This document shows, piece by piece, positions 1-9,800 of a DNA stretch of 63,156 nucleotides. Position numbers and translations under genes: made by a program. The notes beneath the pieces were generated by a model. That model saw only the letters and a list, made by a program, of their open reading frames with translations, did no database searches and had not been told where the DNA came from. How positions within the stretch are numbered: position 1 is the first letter of the stretch; each line of letters begins with the position of its first letter. Source of the stretch: Bdellovibrionota bacterium FG-1 (lineage in GTDB: Bacteria; Bdellovibrionota; UBA1018); contig JBBCAW010000085.1 in assembly GCA_051382295.1 (NCBI GenBank), positions 1 to 63,156 of the forward strand. The letters run 5' to 3'.

Positions 1-41
1 GGGACATAACCGCTAGCTAATCCGTCTGCACCCGACTATAA

Positions 42-57
42 AGCAAGGTCAGTGCCA
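42..57 (-). promoter_or_regulatory. sigma54 (-24/-12) promoter driving a gene that starts at the left edge
   Basis: The reverse complement reads TGGCAC-TGACC-TTGCT, a consensus match. A minus-strand ATG lies at 7-5. Confidence 0.7.
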
Positions 58-144
58 GAATTGACGCGCAAAAAAACTGTATAAAATCGGGGATGTTACT
101 CCGGAAAAGTGTCTAAGAATTGGACATGTGTCTGACGGGAAACG

Positions 145-387
145 TTAGGTTCCGCGTCTCGGCAGCCCGCTTCTTAATTCATTGAGGACCAAAATCACGC
201 TCGAGTACTCCTCAAAAACCGCCTGCGCTCTTTGGGCTGCCTCGTGCGGGTCTTTGATCTCATTTCCGGCAGCGATCATGGCCTCGCGCAGGAGTTGCGT
301 CATTTGGGCATGGAATTGCTCGACCTGCGCGGCGGAGGAAAACTGCAGAGTGCTGCTTTGAGCATCATATTTCATGATGCGTGTCAT
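145..387 (-). CDS. small hypothetical protein
   Basis: 80-aa helical-looking ORF divergent from the greA-like gene; no family recognised. Confidence 0.55.
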   Translation of the reverse strand: MTRIMKYDAQSSTLQFSSAAQVEQFHAQMTQLLREAMIAAGNEIKDPHEAAQRAQAVFEEYSSVILVLNELRSGLPRRGT

Positions 388-441
388 AGCTTTTTTGGAT
401 ACGACTTGGCAAGGCAGAGATCTTGAAGATAGAGTGGCTGC

Positions 442-828
442 GTGTCCTTAACTAAAAAACATATTATTGAAGAGATTCAGACTCACCTCGCCGAAGAACT
501 TGCTGCGCCCGAACAGCCAGCGGAGCGGGTGGCCGAAATTCAGGCACAGTTGAATATGTATCGATTTTTGCCTCAACGGGCATTTGGCGCCGACGATGTG
601 ATCGTTCCCTCCTCGTTGGTTGAGTTGGAACTCGCCGGGCGTCATGCCTTTTATTTGGTTGTACCCTCGGGGGGAGGGTTGGTCATGCGGGTTGACGGAC
701 AACCTGTTCAGGTCATTACTCCACAATCCCCACTGGGCGAGGCCTTATTGGGTAAAAAAGTGGGTGAGGTTGTGCGGGTGGACACGAGCCGAGCGCCTCG
801 TAGCTATCGAATTGTGTCGTTGGCTTAA
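442..828 (+). CDS. GreA/GreB-family C-terminal domain protein (short, Rnk-like)
   Basis: VITPQSPLGEALLGKKVGE signature; lacks the long N-terminal coiled coil. Confidence 0.8.
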   Translation: MSLTKKHIIEEIQTHLAEELAAPEQPAERVAEIQAQLNMYRFLPQRAFGADDVIVPSSLVELELAGRHAFYLVVPSGGGLVMRVDGQPVQVITPQSPLGEALLGKKVGEVVRVDTSRAPRSYRIVSLA

Positions 829-872
829 AACCTCACCCCTGGGGTTGAGCTCCTATTTTCTATTTTTGAGAG

Positions 873-1673
873 TTAATGAGCATGTGCCCGCAGATTTTCG
901 GCCGCTTGTTTCAGAAAATCCTGGTGCGCCAATAGATTGGTGTAAACCGATGCGCCTTTGCATTCTTTCGGGTTTTCTGTGATTCCGCGACTCGTCACTC
1001 CAAACAGGAAATATTGTTTTCCCTTTTTAATAAACGCAGGTCCCCCAGAGTCGCCATGGCAAGCCCCATGCCCATTTCGCTGATCCATGAGCACTTCCGT
1101 TTTTCCGAAGGAGGCGCGCGCAATTTTGACGTTCACCTTTCTTAAGACGCCAGCACCATCGGCGGCTCCTCGTTTTCTGGGGTCAGATTGACCATAACCC
1201 GCTAAAGTGACTACTTTTCCAGTTTTAAGCGCATTCAGGTCGTCCAGAATTTTTGCTTCATGATAGCCACTTGGCAGGCCGCTACTCAGGTGAAGGAGAG
1301 CGATGTCGTCCATGTCTTCGTCCCCGGTTAAGTGACCATAATCTTTGGGGCGAGCGCCGCCGTCCACCTGTGCCCAAGAAAGTTTGGCAGTGTTCTGCCT
1401 GTTTTTTCGCAGATCTTGACTAAAAACGACTCGCATTTTTTTGGGGTTCGAATTGAGGCAATGGCCAGCGGTCACCACTAAATCGGGTGCCAAGATGGAT
1501 CCCGAACAAAGCGAGATCCCCTGAGCATCTTTTGAAATAATTGCTACCGTACTTGAAGCGATTGGATCCTGAGGTAAAACCGTGGTTCCTTCCATGATAT
1601 CGGCGTGAAGTGGACTATTGAACGCAAACACTGAAAAAAAGGCAATACAGACTGTTTTATTTATTTGAGACAT
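873..1673 (-). CDS. secreted trypsin-like (S1) serine protease
   Basis: TAGHC, DIALL and GDSGGP triad motifs; signal peptide after the ATG at 1673; GGAGG RBS upstream. Confidence 0.92.
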   Translation of the reverse strand: MSQINKTVCIAFFSVFAFNSPLHADIMEGTTVLPQDPIASSTVAIISKDAQGISLCSGSILAPDLVVTAGHCLNSNPKKMRVVFSQDLRKNRQNTAKLSWAQVDGGARPKDYGHLTGDEDMDDIALLHLSSGLPSGYHEAKILDDLNALKTGKVVTLAGYGQSDPRKRGAADGAGVLRKVNVKIARASFGKTEVLMDQRNGHGACHGDSGGPAFIKKGKQYFLFGVTSRGITENPKECKGASVYTNLLAHQDFLKQAAENLRAHAH

Positions 1674-1782
1674 GAAATGTCCTCCGTTTCTTTGGGGGGA
1701 CATCAGCAAGGTTAAGGCCAACTTTATAGGGGTAATAACGAATCGAGTGAACTTAGATCGGACTGAATGGAGTATTTTCGGA

Positions 1783-2277
1783 CTAAGAAAGCAAGGTGGG
1801 ACACGTTTTCCAGGTGAGTTGATAGGTCCAAGCCCCATTTTTACGGTGAAAGCCAGAAAGTTGAGCGGCGACACTCATGCTGTTTCCATTTCTCGAATCT
1901 AGCAAGTTGAGTGTGACCGGGGTTTTTTGGCCAAACAAGCATTCACTCGGATGGTTGTCGCAGAGGAGTTCACAACCTTGGTTGTTAATCGATGCGAGAC
2001 GTCCCGTAATGAGGGCGCGCGAATTATGGCAGGCCACCTCAATGAAGGGCGCCTCGGACGTTAGAGCGATCTCGGAGGGCGGTGGCGCCGATGGACGCTT
2101 TTTTGGGGAAGGGGGAGCGGCCGGAGCAGCCTCTAAGGCTTTCCATTGGGGGTTGGAATCCCTGGAGTCCCAAATGAAAGTGTAGGTCGTGAATTCTGGG
2201 GTTTGCTTAAGGGCTTCGAATTGGTCAAGCGTGTAAGGCCCAAAAGTTTGTCCGTTTTTACCAAGAAAAATTTCCAT
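1783..2277 (-). CDS. GYF_2 (DUF4339)-like domain + Pro-rich linker + degenerate PilZ-like domain
   Basis: N-terminal IFLGKNGQTFGPYT...IWD...WKAL; C-terminal beta-rich GRLASINNQGCEL...VTLNL...YQLTW. Confidence 0.7.
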   Translation of the reverse strand: MEIFLGKNGQTFGPYTLDQFEALKQTPEFTTYTFIWDSRDSNPQWKALEAAPAAPPSPKKRPSAPPPSEIALTSEAPFIEVACHNSRALITGRLASINNQGCELLCDNHPSECLFGQKTPVTLNLLDSRNGNSMSVAAQLSGFHRKNGAWTYQLTWKTCPTLLS

Positions 2278-2282
2278 AAAAC

Positions 2283-4106
2283 TTACTTCCTTCCTGATTT
2301 CAGAGCGAGATAACGATCCTTGCTCGAGCAATTGTCGTAAAGATTGGCCGCAAATGAACCTAATTCATCCTCCCAAACTTCTCCGCCTTCTTCGTCGATC
2401 CCAGCAGGGGAGCGGCCCCAGTCCCAGGTGTGAGCGCCGCCCTCGTAACGATCTTCACGGAGTTTTTGTGCTAACTTTTTGTAGTCGGGATGTGCGTTTT
2501 GCCAGATAATATCTTGGCTGGCGCCATTATAGATTTCGACTTCGATGAGTTGGATGTTTTCGGCAATCTCGTCAATTTTGGTCAGCATTCGCTGGCTTCG
2601 AGTTTTTAGGTCAGCGTTGATCGTTGAAATGAGTTGTTTTTTGATGCCCTTGGCGGTTTGTTTGTAATTGGCTAAAATGGTATGCCAGACTGGCGCAGCC
2701 TGCTGCATGCGGCGATAAACTAGGATTTGTTCTTTGAGGGCAATAAGTTCATCGATGAGCGCTGGGGGAAGGGGGGCGCGCTCTTTGGCCTTTGCGTGGG
2801 CCCCATGTATCCTCACTGCAATATCCCTGGATTTGACCAAGAGTACGTCGGCGATTTTAGCTTGCTCTAGGGCTCCCGAGCGGCCGAGCGCAAGAGTGGC
2901 CTCTTGTTCGTCAAAAAGCAGGTTGAGCTCGTCCTGGCTGGAGATAAACAAAGGCGAGCGAACCCATTCGCTGGCCACACGGTCGGGGGCAGTGAAATCA
3001 GGCGCATGCCGTACATATTGGATAGCGGTGGGGTAGAGGTCGTCGAGCGAATGGCTGGTGAGCCAGGCATAGGGTTTTTCGTAATGCTTCTTGAAAGAGC
3101 GAATGGCCCGGACGGATTCGGGGTATTGGCAAATTTCATTGAGGGCCATTGCCATGACCATGGGGGCTTCCGGGGTAAAGGTATGTCTGAGTCCTCCGGC
3201 TTGAAGATTCATCGCCGTGCCGATAGCCTCAGTGGGGCGATCGTTCATGAGTTGGGTCCAGGCCAGTTCCTCAAGAGCGGTGGCAAGTTCGTTTGAGCTT
3301 TTGGCCACCATTCGGAGATGCATTCCAGCGCGATCAAATTGTTGAAAAACGTAAAGTTCATGCGCCATGAGGATGTGAGCCGTATTGATGTAACGCTTGA
3401 GGTACATGGGGGTGGAGGAGCCGTTCAAAAAGTGGTCGAGTCGTGGCACGGCTTCGTTGTGGTTGTTGAGCCGCGCGGCTTTGAGCGCTAAGGCAAAATC
3501 TTCATAGGGGCCAGATCCTTTGAGGCGAGCAAGTAAGGAGTCCTCGATTCGATTTTCGCCGAGATAGTTTTCCATCGCGTAGAGGGCGGCCCTCCAGAGC
3601 GTTTCATGAAGCAGTGGGTGGGGGAGTTGTTTTTCAAAGCCTTCTAGATTGGAAATCAGAGAGAGAGGTATGGGCGTAGCAGGAAATTTTGAATGAATTT
3701 GATTGATGCACTCCAGGGCTGCGATTTGAATGCCCGCGGTTTCGCCCTGCAGCGGTCGAGAGGCGAGGGATATAAAACCGTTTAGAGCGATGTGCAGAAG
3801 CTTGGCATCATAGAGAGCGCGTGAAATCCAGTACGCGCCCAAAAACCTATTTTCGGCATTTTTCGCAAATCGCCGCATGGCTAAGGCTTCCGAAAATCCT
3901 CGAACTGGAGCGAGATTCCCGCGAAGCGAAGCTTTAAATTTTTCTTGATAACTTTCGGAAATACTCGGGGTGAGAGCCCAGGTCTCGGATGAGCTACAGG
4001 CGCCCGTTGCGTAAATCCGATGAGTTTGCGAGGGGGGTTCTTGAGCGCTAATGGTCATCGAACAAAAAAATGCAAATAATGTGATAGCGATCAGTGTCCA
4101 ATTCAT
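2283..4106 (-). CDS. secreted TPR-like protein, GltC-like gliding cluster component
   Basis: Signal peptide, helical repeats (ALEELAWTQL), C-terminal GEVWEDELG...C motif; lies next to the OM barrel gene. Confidence 0.65.
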   Translation of the reverse strand: MNWTLIAITLFAFFCSMTISAQEPPSQTHRIYATGACSSSETWALTPSISESYQEKFKASLRGNLAPVRGFSEALAMRRFAKNAENRFLGAYWISRALYDAKLLHIALNGFISLASRPLQGETAGIQIAALECINQIHSKFPATPIPLSLISNLEGFEKQLPHPLLHETLWRAALYAMENYLGENRIEDSLLARLKGSGPYEDFALALKAARLNNHNEAVPRLDHFLNGSSTPMYLKRYINTAHILMAHELYVFQQFDRAGMHLRMVAKSSNELATALEELAWTQLMNDRPTEAIGTAMNLQAGGLRHTFTPEAPMVMAMALNEICQYPESVRAIRSFKKHYEKPYAWLTSHSLDDLYPTAIQYVRHAPDFTAPDRVASEWVRSPLFISSQDELNLLFDEQEATLALGRSGALEQAKIADVLLVKSRDIAVRIHGAHAKAKERAPLPPALIDELIALKEQILVYRRMQQAAPVWHTILANYKQTAKGIKKQLISTINADLKTRSQRMLTKIDEIAENIQLIEVEIYNGASQDIIWQNAHPDYKKLAQKLREDRYEGGAHTWDWGRSPAGIDEEGGEVWEDELGSFAANLYDNCSSKDRYLALKSGRK

Positions 4107-4900
4107 TTTGACCCCCGAACATCAAAGAGAAAATCGAGACCTATTGTGATCGAATTGGTCCAGTTGGTCCGATCTCCGAGTGGAGTGCCATTGGGGCTAG
4201 AGGGTGAGCCGGCTTTTTGTAAAATAGCCTCGTTGTAGCGCATTAGGCGGTAGTCGGCTCGAAGTGAGATAACCCGGGTTAGAAAGAACTGTTGGCCGAT
4301 GCCGATTTCGGGTGTGAAGTTCCGACCCGATTCGGTTTGAGTCAGTCCTGCTCCTGCCAAGAAATGCAAATCGTAGTGGATGATGGCTTTTCCGATCACA
4401 CTCAGTTTTCCGTAAATAATGCTGGCCTGGAGTTCGGAACCTAAGTACCAGCGAGGCTCATTGGTGCTGTTGTCTGTGCCCAGGCCTACGGGATAGGGAT
4501 TGCGGAGGTAGTCGAGTGCACTGGAGGGGCGAACCAGGTCTTTGAACCCAACGACATTGAGTCCAAAATATTCATTAAAATGAAATCCCAGCGAAGCACC
4601 GATATTGTTGACGTTCAAAAATGGGTCGGTGGTGACGAAGCCCCCGAAGATCCCGAATTCGAATTTTTTGTCTTTTGAGTAAATTCGGTTTTGAACCACA
4701 CCGAGCTCGTTTTCGTCGCCTCGGGCCCAGTACTTTTGCTTGATGTCTTCGACGTTCACTCGTTCGGACTGTTCGAGGGAAGGAGTTGCTTCAGGCGTAG
4801 GGGTGGTTTCGAGGGCGAACAAGGGATTCGCGCGAACGAGAAGGGCGATCCCTAAGAGTAAAGTGGTGGTGCTGACGAGCTGCGGGCGTGTATTTCTCAT
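4103..4900 (-). CDS. outer-membrane beta-barrel protein, GltA/GltB-like
   Basis: Signal peptide, VVQNRIYSK...FEF, YGKLS..., alternating beta-strand pattern. Confidence 0.75.
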   Translation of the reverse strand: MRNTRPQLVSTTTLLLGIALLVRANPLFALETTPTPEATPSLEQSERVNVEDIKQKYWARGDENELGVVQNRIYSKDKKFEFGIFGGFVTTDPFLNVNNIGASLGFHFNEYFGLNVVGFKDLVRPSSALDYLRNPYPVGLGTDNSTNEPRWYLGSELQASIIYGKLSVIGKAIIHYDLHFLAGAGLTQTESGRNFTPEIGIGQQFFLTRVISLRADYRLMRYNEAILQKAGSPSSPNGTPLGDRTNWTNSITIGLDFLFDVRGSK

Positions 4901-4920
4901 AATTAAATAACCTATATATT

Positions 4921-4936
4921 GTTAAGTATAATAAAC
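4921..4936 (-). promoter_or_regulatory. GTTAA-N6-TTAAC-like box containing a -10 hexamer (copy 1)
   Basis: Minus strand reads GTTTATTATACTTAAC, 21-36 nt upstream of ATG 4900. Confidence 0.45.
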
Positions 4937-5006
4937 AATTTAACTTAGGTCAAACAAATAATGCCTAGCATTAAATAAATTCAAGTGTGCGTAATAATTG
5001 CTGTTA

Positions 5007-6503
5007 TTATCTTCCGAGCGTTTTAAAGATAAACGGATAGGTGACGGCCACTTCGATCCCCCCTCGGGGGTTGGGGAATTTCCAGGTGACCAGCCTTCGC
5101 AAGATACAGTCGTCCAATCTCGGATCCGGCAGTGTCGAGTTTTTAACCTCAGTGGATCTGACTGCGCCTGCCCCGGCGATCGTAAAATTGACCATGAGCT
5201 TGCCTTCGAGGTCTGGAGTTCGAATCATGGCGGATTCGTAGCAATACCGCACTTCGCTTAAGTGCCGATGAATGACCTCGCCGACCTCGTCTTTGGTGAG
5301 CCCTTCGTCGACGGCTGCGCCGGCAATGTCCATCGAGACAAACGCCTGGCCTTGTCCTTTGATTCCGGCGTGTTCACCTTTGCCATAGCCAGACCCCTTG
5401 CCTTCTCCGGAGCCTCCGATCGAAGCAATGGATCGACTTGAATGTTCGTTTACAGTTCCCATCGGTCCGTTGGATTGAAGCGCAATGGATTTGGTGTCAA
5501 AAGTCCTTCGAGCCTCAGCGCTCGTTGTTTTACCTGCGACAAAGTCAGACTGGGCGAGGAGCTGGGTCATGCCACCTTTGAGGAGGCCTTTGACAGCGTT
5601 AGATAGTGCTTTAGCGCGAAAAGCTTGAATGACAGCGGCCTTTTGTACCTTTTCTGGAATTGCAGTTTGACCTTGAAGGGGGTTTCCCTGAGAGGCCATT
5701 GCCTTGGCTTGGGGAGGTGTGGCGGGTTTGCTCAGGACAATTTTAGCGTATTGAGCAGGAATGAGTTCTTGGAGATCGTTTTGAGGTTTAGGCCAAAACC
5801 ATGAAAAACAGGCAAGAACGCCAAAAGCAAGGGCGCTTGCTTTGAGGGACTTGTGAAACCAAAGTGTTTCAGCGTCGGGTGATTGTTGGATTTGCGTGGG
5901 GAGTTGTGTGGTTTGGCTGAGTCCAAAACGCCAAGAGCGGGTGCTGGAAAATAGTCGAGTGTGAGTGAGTTGATCCGTGGTGAGCGTAAGGGTTTGGTTT
6001 TCTGTGAGGGTTTGCTCAGGTTGGTTGGCTGTTTGCATGGAGAGTTTGGGGGCGTGGACAGTGAGGGTGTGTTTTTCGCATTCGCTTTGAATTGAAAAAA
6101 TCTTGGCATCGTCCACGCGAGCGCAGTGGTGAGGACTGAGGGTTGAAGACGAAAGAATCCAATTTTTATTGCAAACGAAAATAGAAAGTAAGGAGCCTTG
6201 TTTTGAATGAAAGGCTGGAACCAAAGAATTGACTGAACGAATTTGCAAGCGCATTCCAGAAGAAAGCGGAAGTGCGATTTCAGTTCCGGGTGAGCCGGGG
6301 AGAAGTTGATCGTGGGAAATCTCGGTGACCCCCTGGGAAATTGTTTGACCGTCCGGGGTGTTGAGAGCGCGAATTCGAAGCCCTTGTTGGGTGAGTTCAG
6401 CAATCCAGCGCAAAGGATGGCCCAGTCCTAAGGGAAGCTTAGGGTCCCAGAGGGTGCATTGAGTTTGGTTTCCCGCGATGGTGGTGACGATAAACTGATT
6501 CAT
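5007..6503 (-). CDS. AgmX/PglI (TonB-like) C-terminal domain protein, GltG-like
   Basis: TM segment, Gly-rich linker, GLTKDEVGEVI...VRYCYE...W.FP.PRGG..V.VTYPF. Confidence 0.85.
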   Translation of the reverse strand: MNQFIVTTIAGNQTQCTLWDPKLPLGLGHPLRWIAELTQQGLRIRALNTPDGQTISQGVTEISHDQLLPGSPGTEIALPLSSGMRLQIRSVNSLVPAFHSKQGSLLSIFVCNKNWILSSSTLSPHHCARVDDAKIFSIQSECEKHTLTVHAPKLSMQTANQPEQTLTENQTLTLTTDQLTHTRLFSSTRSWRFGLSQTTQLPTQIQQSPDAETLWFHKSLKASALAFGVLACFSWFWPKPQNDLQELIPAQYAKIVLSKPATPPQAKAMASQGNPLQGQTAIPEKVQKAAVIQAFRAKALSNAVKGLLKGGMTQLLAQSDFVAGKTTSAEARRTFDTKSIALQSNGPMGTVNEHSSRSIASIGGSGEGKGSGYGKGEHAGIKGQGQAFVSMDIAGAAVDEGLTKDEVGEVIHRHLSEVRYCYESAMIRTPDLEGKLMVNFTIAGAGAVRSTEVKNSTLPDPRLDDCILRRLVTWKFPNPRGGIEVAVTYPFIFKTLGR

Positions 6504-6793
6504 TGACTGTACCTCACAATGCGAAGTGTCTCAGCGGTTTCAGATCGAAAGCTCGCCCGCTTTCGGTAGAGATGGGGTTTTTTCCGCCGCCTATCTTTTT
6601 CTGAAATTTGGCTCAACGAATCGAGTGGGCGTTTGTTAAGGCCCTCAATCGTTTCGTCTTCGAAATCAATCACGCTTTGGCGCTGCTGAGCGGCGGGTGG
6701 GGCGGCTTGGGTACTTGAGGCTAGCGCTGAGGCCAGGAGAATGAGTCCCAGTGAGCAGAGGTGTTTGAAAGGGTGACTGATGGATCGGGGCAT
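6500..6793 (-). CDS. CglF/GltF-like small secreted protein
   Basis: Signal peptide, IDFEDETIEG...P motif and R.SF..E; immediately upstream of the gltG-like gene. Confidence 0.7.
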   Translation of the reverse strand: MPRSISHPFKHLCSLGLILLASALASSTQAAPPAAQQRQSVIDFEDETIEGLNKRPLDSLSQISEKDRRRKKPHLYRKRASFRSETAETLRIVRYSQ

Positions 6794-6815
6794 GATTGGG
6801 GTCTTCCTTGTTTAA

Positions 6816-6831
6816 GTTAATTATAGTTAAC
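6816..6831 (-). promoter_or_regulatory. perfect GTTAA-N6-TTAAC box containing TATAAT (copy 2)
   Basis: Minus strand reads GTTAACTATAATTAAC, 23-38 nt upstream of ATG 6793. Confidence 0.5.
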
Positions 6832-6899
6832 AAAGTTATTATTTACAAACTATTTAATTCTAATTAGAAAATGATGTTAATTCAGCTGGTTATGAGCTG

Positions 6900-9800
6900 T
6901 TAGCGTTGTGCTAATGGGCTATCGAGATCCCTTGCAAGTGACTGTGCTTTTTCGTGCGCATAAGAATTTTGATAAAAGCGGACTAGCAGGCGCGTGATGA
7001 GGTTCTTTGCGTTGGCTTTGAGGTCTTGTCGGGCGTCATTCAGTTCGGCGAGACCTTCGCCCCGTGCGCCCGCCTGGTTCATAGACAGGGCCTTGACTGC
7101 ATTCATGACCCCGGCTTGAATGAGTGCCTTTTCTTGCGCTTCTTGCATGAAAAAGGCGACTTGAGGCAGGTGATGGGCCTTGTAGGCTCGAATCCAAAGG
7201 GACTTGATGTATTGAGCGGGGTTTTCATAGGCCTGTTTTTCCGAAAGCGATCCGGATGAGTTAGAAATCAGCGGGGCCCACCCGCCGCCCAGGTCAATAT
7301 GTTCAAGAATGTTGAGTTCGAGCGCTTGAGGTTGAGAGCCTGGAAGGCGCGATTTGCGGAGAGCTTTTGCTTGAGAGGGGTTTTCGGCAAAGAAGGGTTG
7401 AGAGATCGCATTCAGTGCTTCGTCCTCGATGGCAAAGCGCGATCCAATTTCAAAAGCTTTCGCGCGCATATCCTGCCCTTTTTCTTCGAAAGGTAGAATG
7501 AGTCTGCGAAGAGTGTCTTCATAGGCCTGCGTTTCGGCAGCGTTCAGACCTTTGGGGGCGGGTAGTGCGGCGAGGTTCTGTGAGAGGTCCAGATAAGTGC
7601 CGGCAATTTCGTTGAGTACTTCGGCTCGAATTCGTGACCATGGGAGTTGAAGGGCTTCGGTGGCAGTATTTTCCATCTCGCGAATGACTTCAATTCGACG
7701 AGTGATGTGTTTTTCATCGGCCCGAAGAGGAGCGAGCTGAGTTAAGGCCGCACGGTTGAGCGCAAAGGTCTTTGTTAGTGATCGAGTTAACCTAGGAAGA
7801 AGGGTGAATTTAATCAGAGGGTCTACGGTTTTCCAGCCTGAGATCGCGCGACGAAGGGCGATGTTCCGATCATGGAAGGTGAGATTCTTGGCATCTTCCA
7901 ATGCTAAAAGTGCCCAAAGGGAGTGGTTCCCGTTGGATTCTTGTCGAACTTTTTCGAAAGCTTTTTGGGTATTTTCAGGATTAAACGAATCCAAACTTAA
8001 GAGGATCTGGTATTTTTCGCATTCCATGGCCAAGGTGGGGACGCACAGAGTGGGTTGATTAAGTGCTGATTGAAGAAGGTGAGAGTCTCCCGCAAGCCAA
8101 GTGAGGGCTAAGGCTTTGCGTCGGATTTCGTCTCGGCTTTTGGTGTCCGTGATTTTAGGCTCGCTCGCCGCCACGTAGGCCCGATAGTCGGCTGCGGCAG
8201 CCGTAAATTCATACCGGTCTTCGTACAGGGTTCCCCGCGCTAAAAGAGCAGCGGGTGCGTTACTGGAGAGGGGTGCTTCAGTGAGGAGTCTTGAGAAATA
8301 GGTCTGCGCCCGTAAACGTTCGATGTTTTCGAGCGCCGCAGTTCCAGCTAATGCCAAAGTATCGGCTAAACGCGGACTTTGGGAGTACTTTTCCAAAAAT
8401 TCATCACAACCTTTGAGGGTGGATATAAAGTCGCGAGCGTGAAATCGAATTTCGAGTTGCTTGTAGAAGGCGTCAGCCGCAACGACGTAGAGACGTTTTG
8501 AAAAATCCCCTGTTTTCCACTCGGGGAGGTCTAAAAGGTCCGTGGCTAATTCATGGGTTTGTTCCCAGTTTTCGCTTGCGATATAGGTATCCAAGATGAG
8601 GCTCGCTTGAGGGATGGCGTATTTGGATTTTGGATATCGTAGGGCGAATTGGGTCATCCGCTGAATCGCTTGTTGGAAGTTGCCATGCTGATAAAGGGCT
8701 CGATTGGCCTCAAAAATAAAGGTTTCAGTTTCGTTGGAGAGTTGTTGGGTGGTGAGATGTTGAATATGAGTGTCAATCCATTGGATCCATTGCGCTAATA
8801 GGGGTGGAAGTTCGTTTTTGGATTCGTTTTGGGGGAGTGCGTGAGCCTTGAGTTCTTTGGGGATGAGGTCTTTTGATCGTAGAACCTCGTAACGAGAAGC
8901 AATGGCCTTGAGGCTGGCTTCGGTGACGCTGTCCGGAGCAGTCCACTTTCCATGGTCAACCACCCAGCGGTAGTGTTCGGTGGCACCTAGGTAGTCTTGA
9001 ATGGTAAACAGTGTTTCCGCCAAATTATAATGGGCGCGTGGAATACGGGGGTCGGTTTCCTCGACAACGTGAACAAAAGATTCGTAGAGCTGGGCTAAGA
9101 TTCGGCTATAGTCACCGACTTGGTTTGCGCCCTTGTTTTTGACAATGAGGTTTTGAAGACCTTCGGCGGTGTCGAGAAGTTGTTTTTGAGCTTTAGGGAA
9201 GGATGCGTGGGTCTTGTTGGTCGAATAAAGTTGAACCATGTCATGAGCGCAATTCACGACTTGGTCGTAGTGCCGGTGGTTCAGTTCAAATTCATAGGTA
9301 AGCATAACGACGTCGAGACTTTCGGGAAGTTGTGAATACGAGGTTACGGTTTGTTTTTTCCATTCTAAAAGATCGATTTCGCGATCGTGGGAGCGCAGAA
9401 GTTTGGCAAAACGGAGGAACATTTTTCCTAAGAGGGGCCCTTGTTCGAGGCCTTTGAAATAATTCATCGCTTCGGATATTGAGTATTTGGCAAGTTTTTG
9501 TTCAAAACCCTCAAAATAAAATACGGTTGTGTCGAGTAAAGTGTTTTCGCGAAGGGCGAGGTCTGATTCTGAAGTGAAATTGGTTTCAGTACGGGATTTT
9601 CGCTCATTGTAAAAACTGATTTGTCGTTCAGCATAGGAAAGGGCTTGCGGAATGTTTTTGAGGTTGTAATGGGCCCAGGCCAATTTATAGAGAGCAAAGG
9701 GGAAGTGAGGGTCTTCGGGTCGTTTTTCGACTGCTGTTAAAAAGTTAATCGCGCGGGCGTGATTGCCGGCATCAATTGAAAACTCGGCCAAGGACATATA

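Noticed and set aside
61..87. sigma70 promoter TTGACG...TAAAAT on the + strand
   Set aside because: The spacer is 15 nt and there is no convincing downstream + strand gene.
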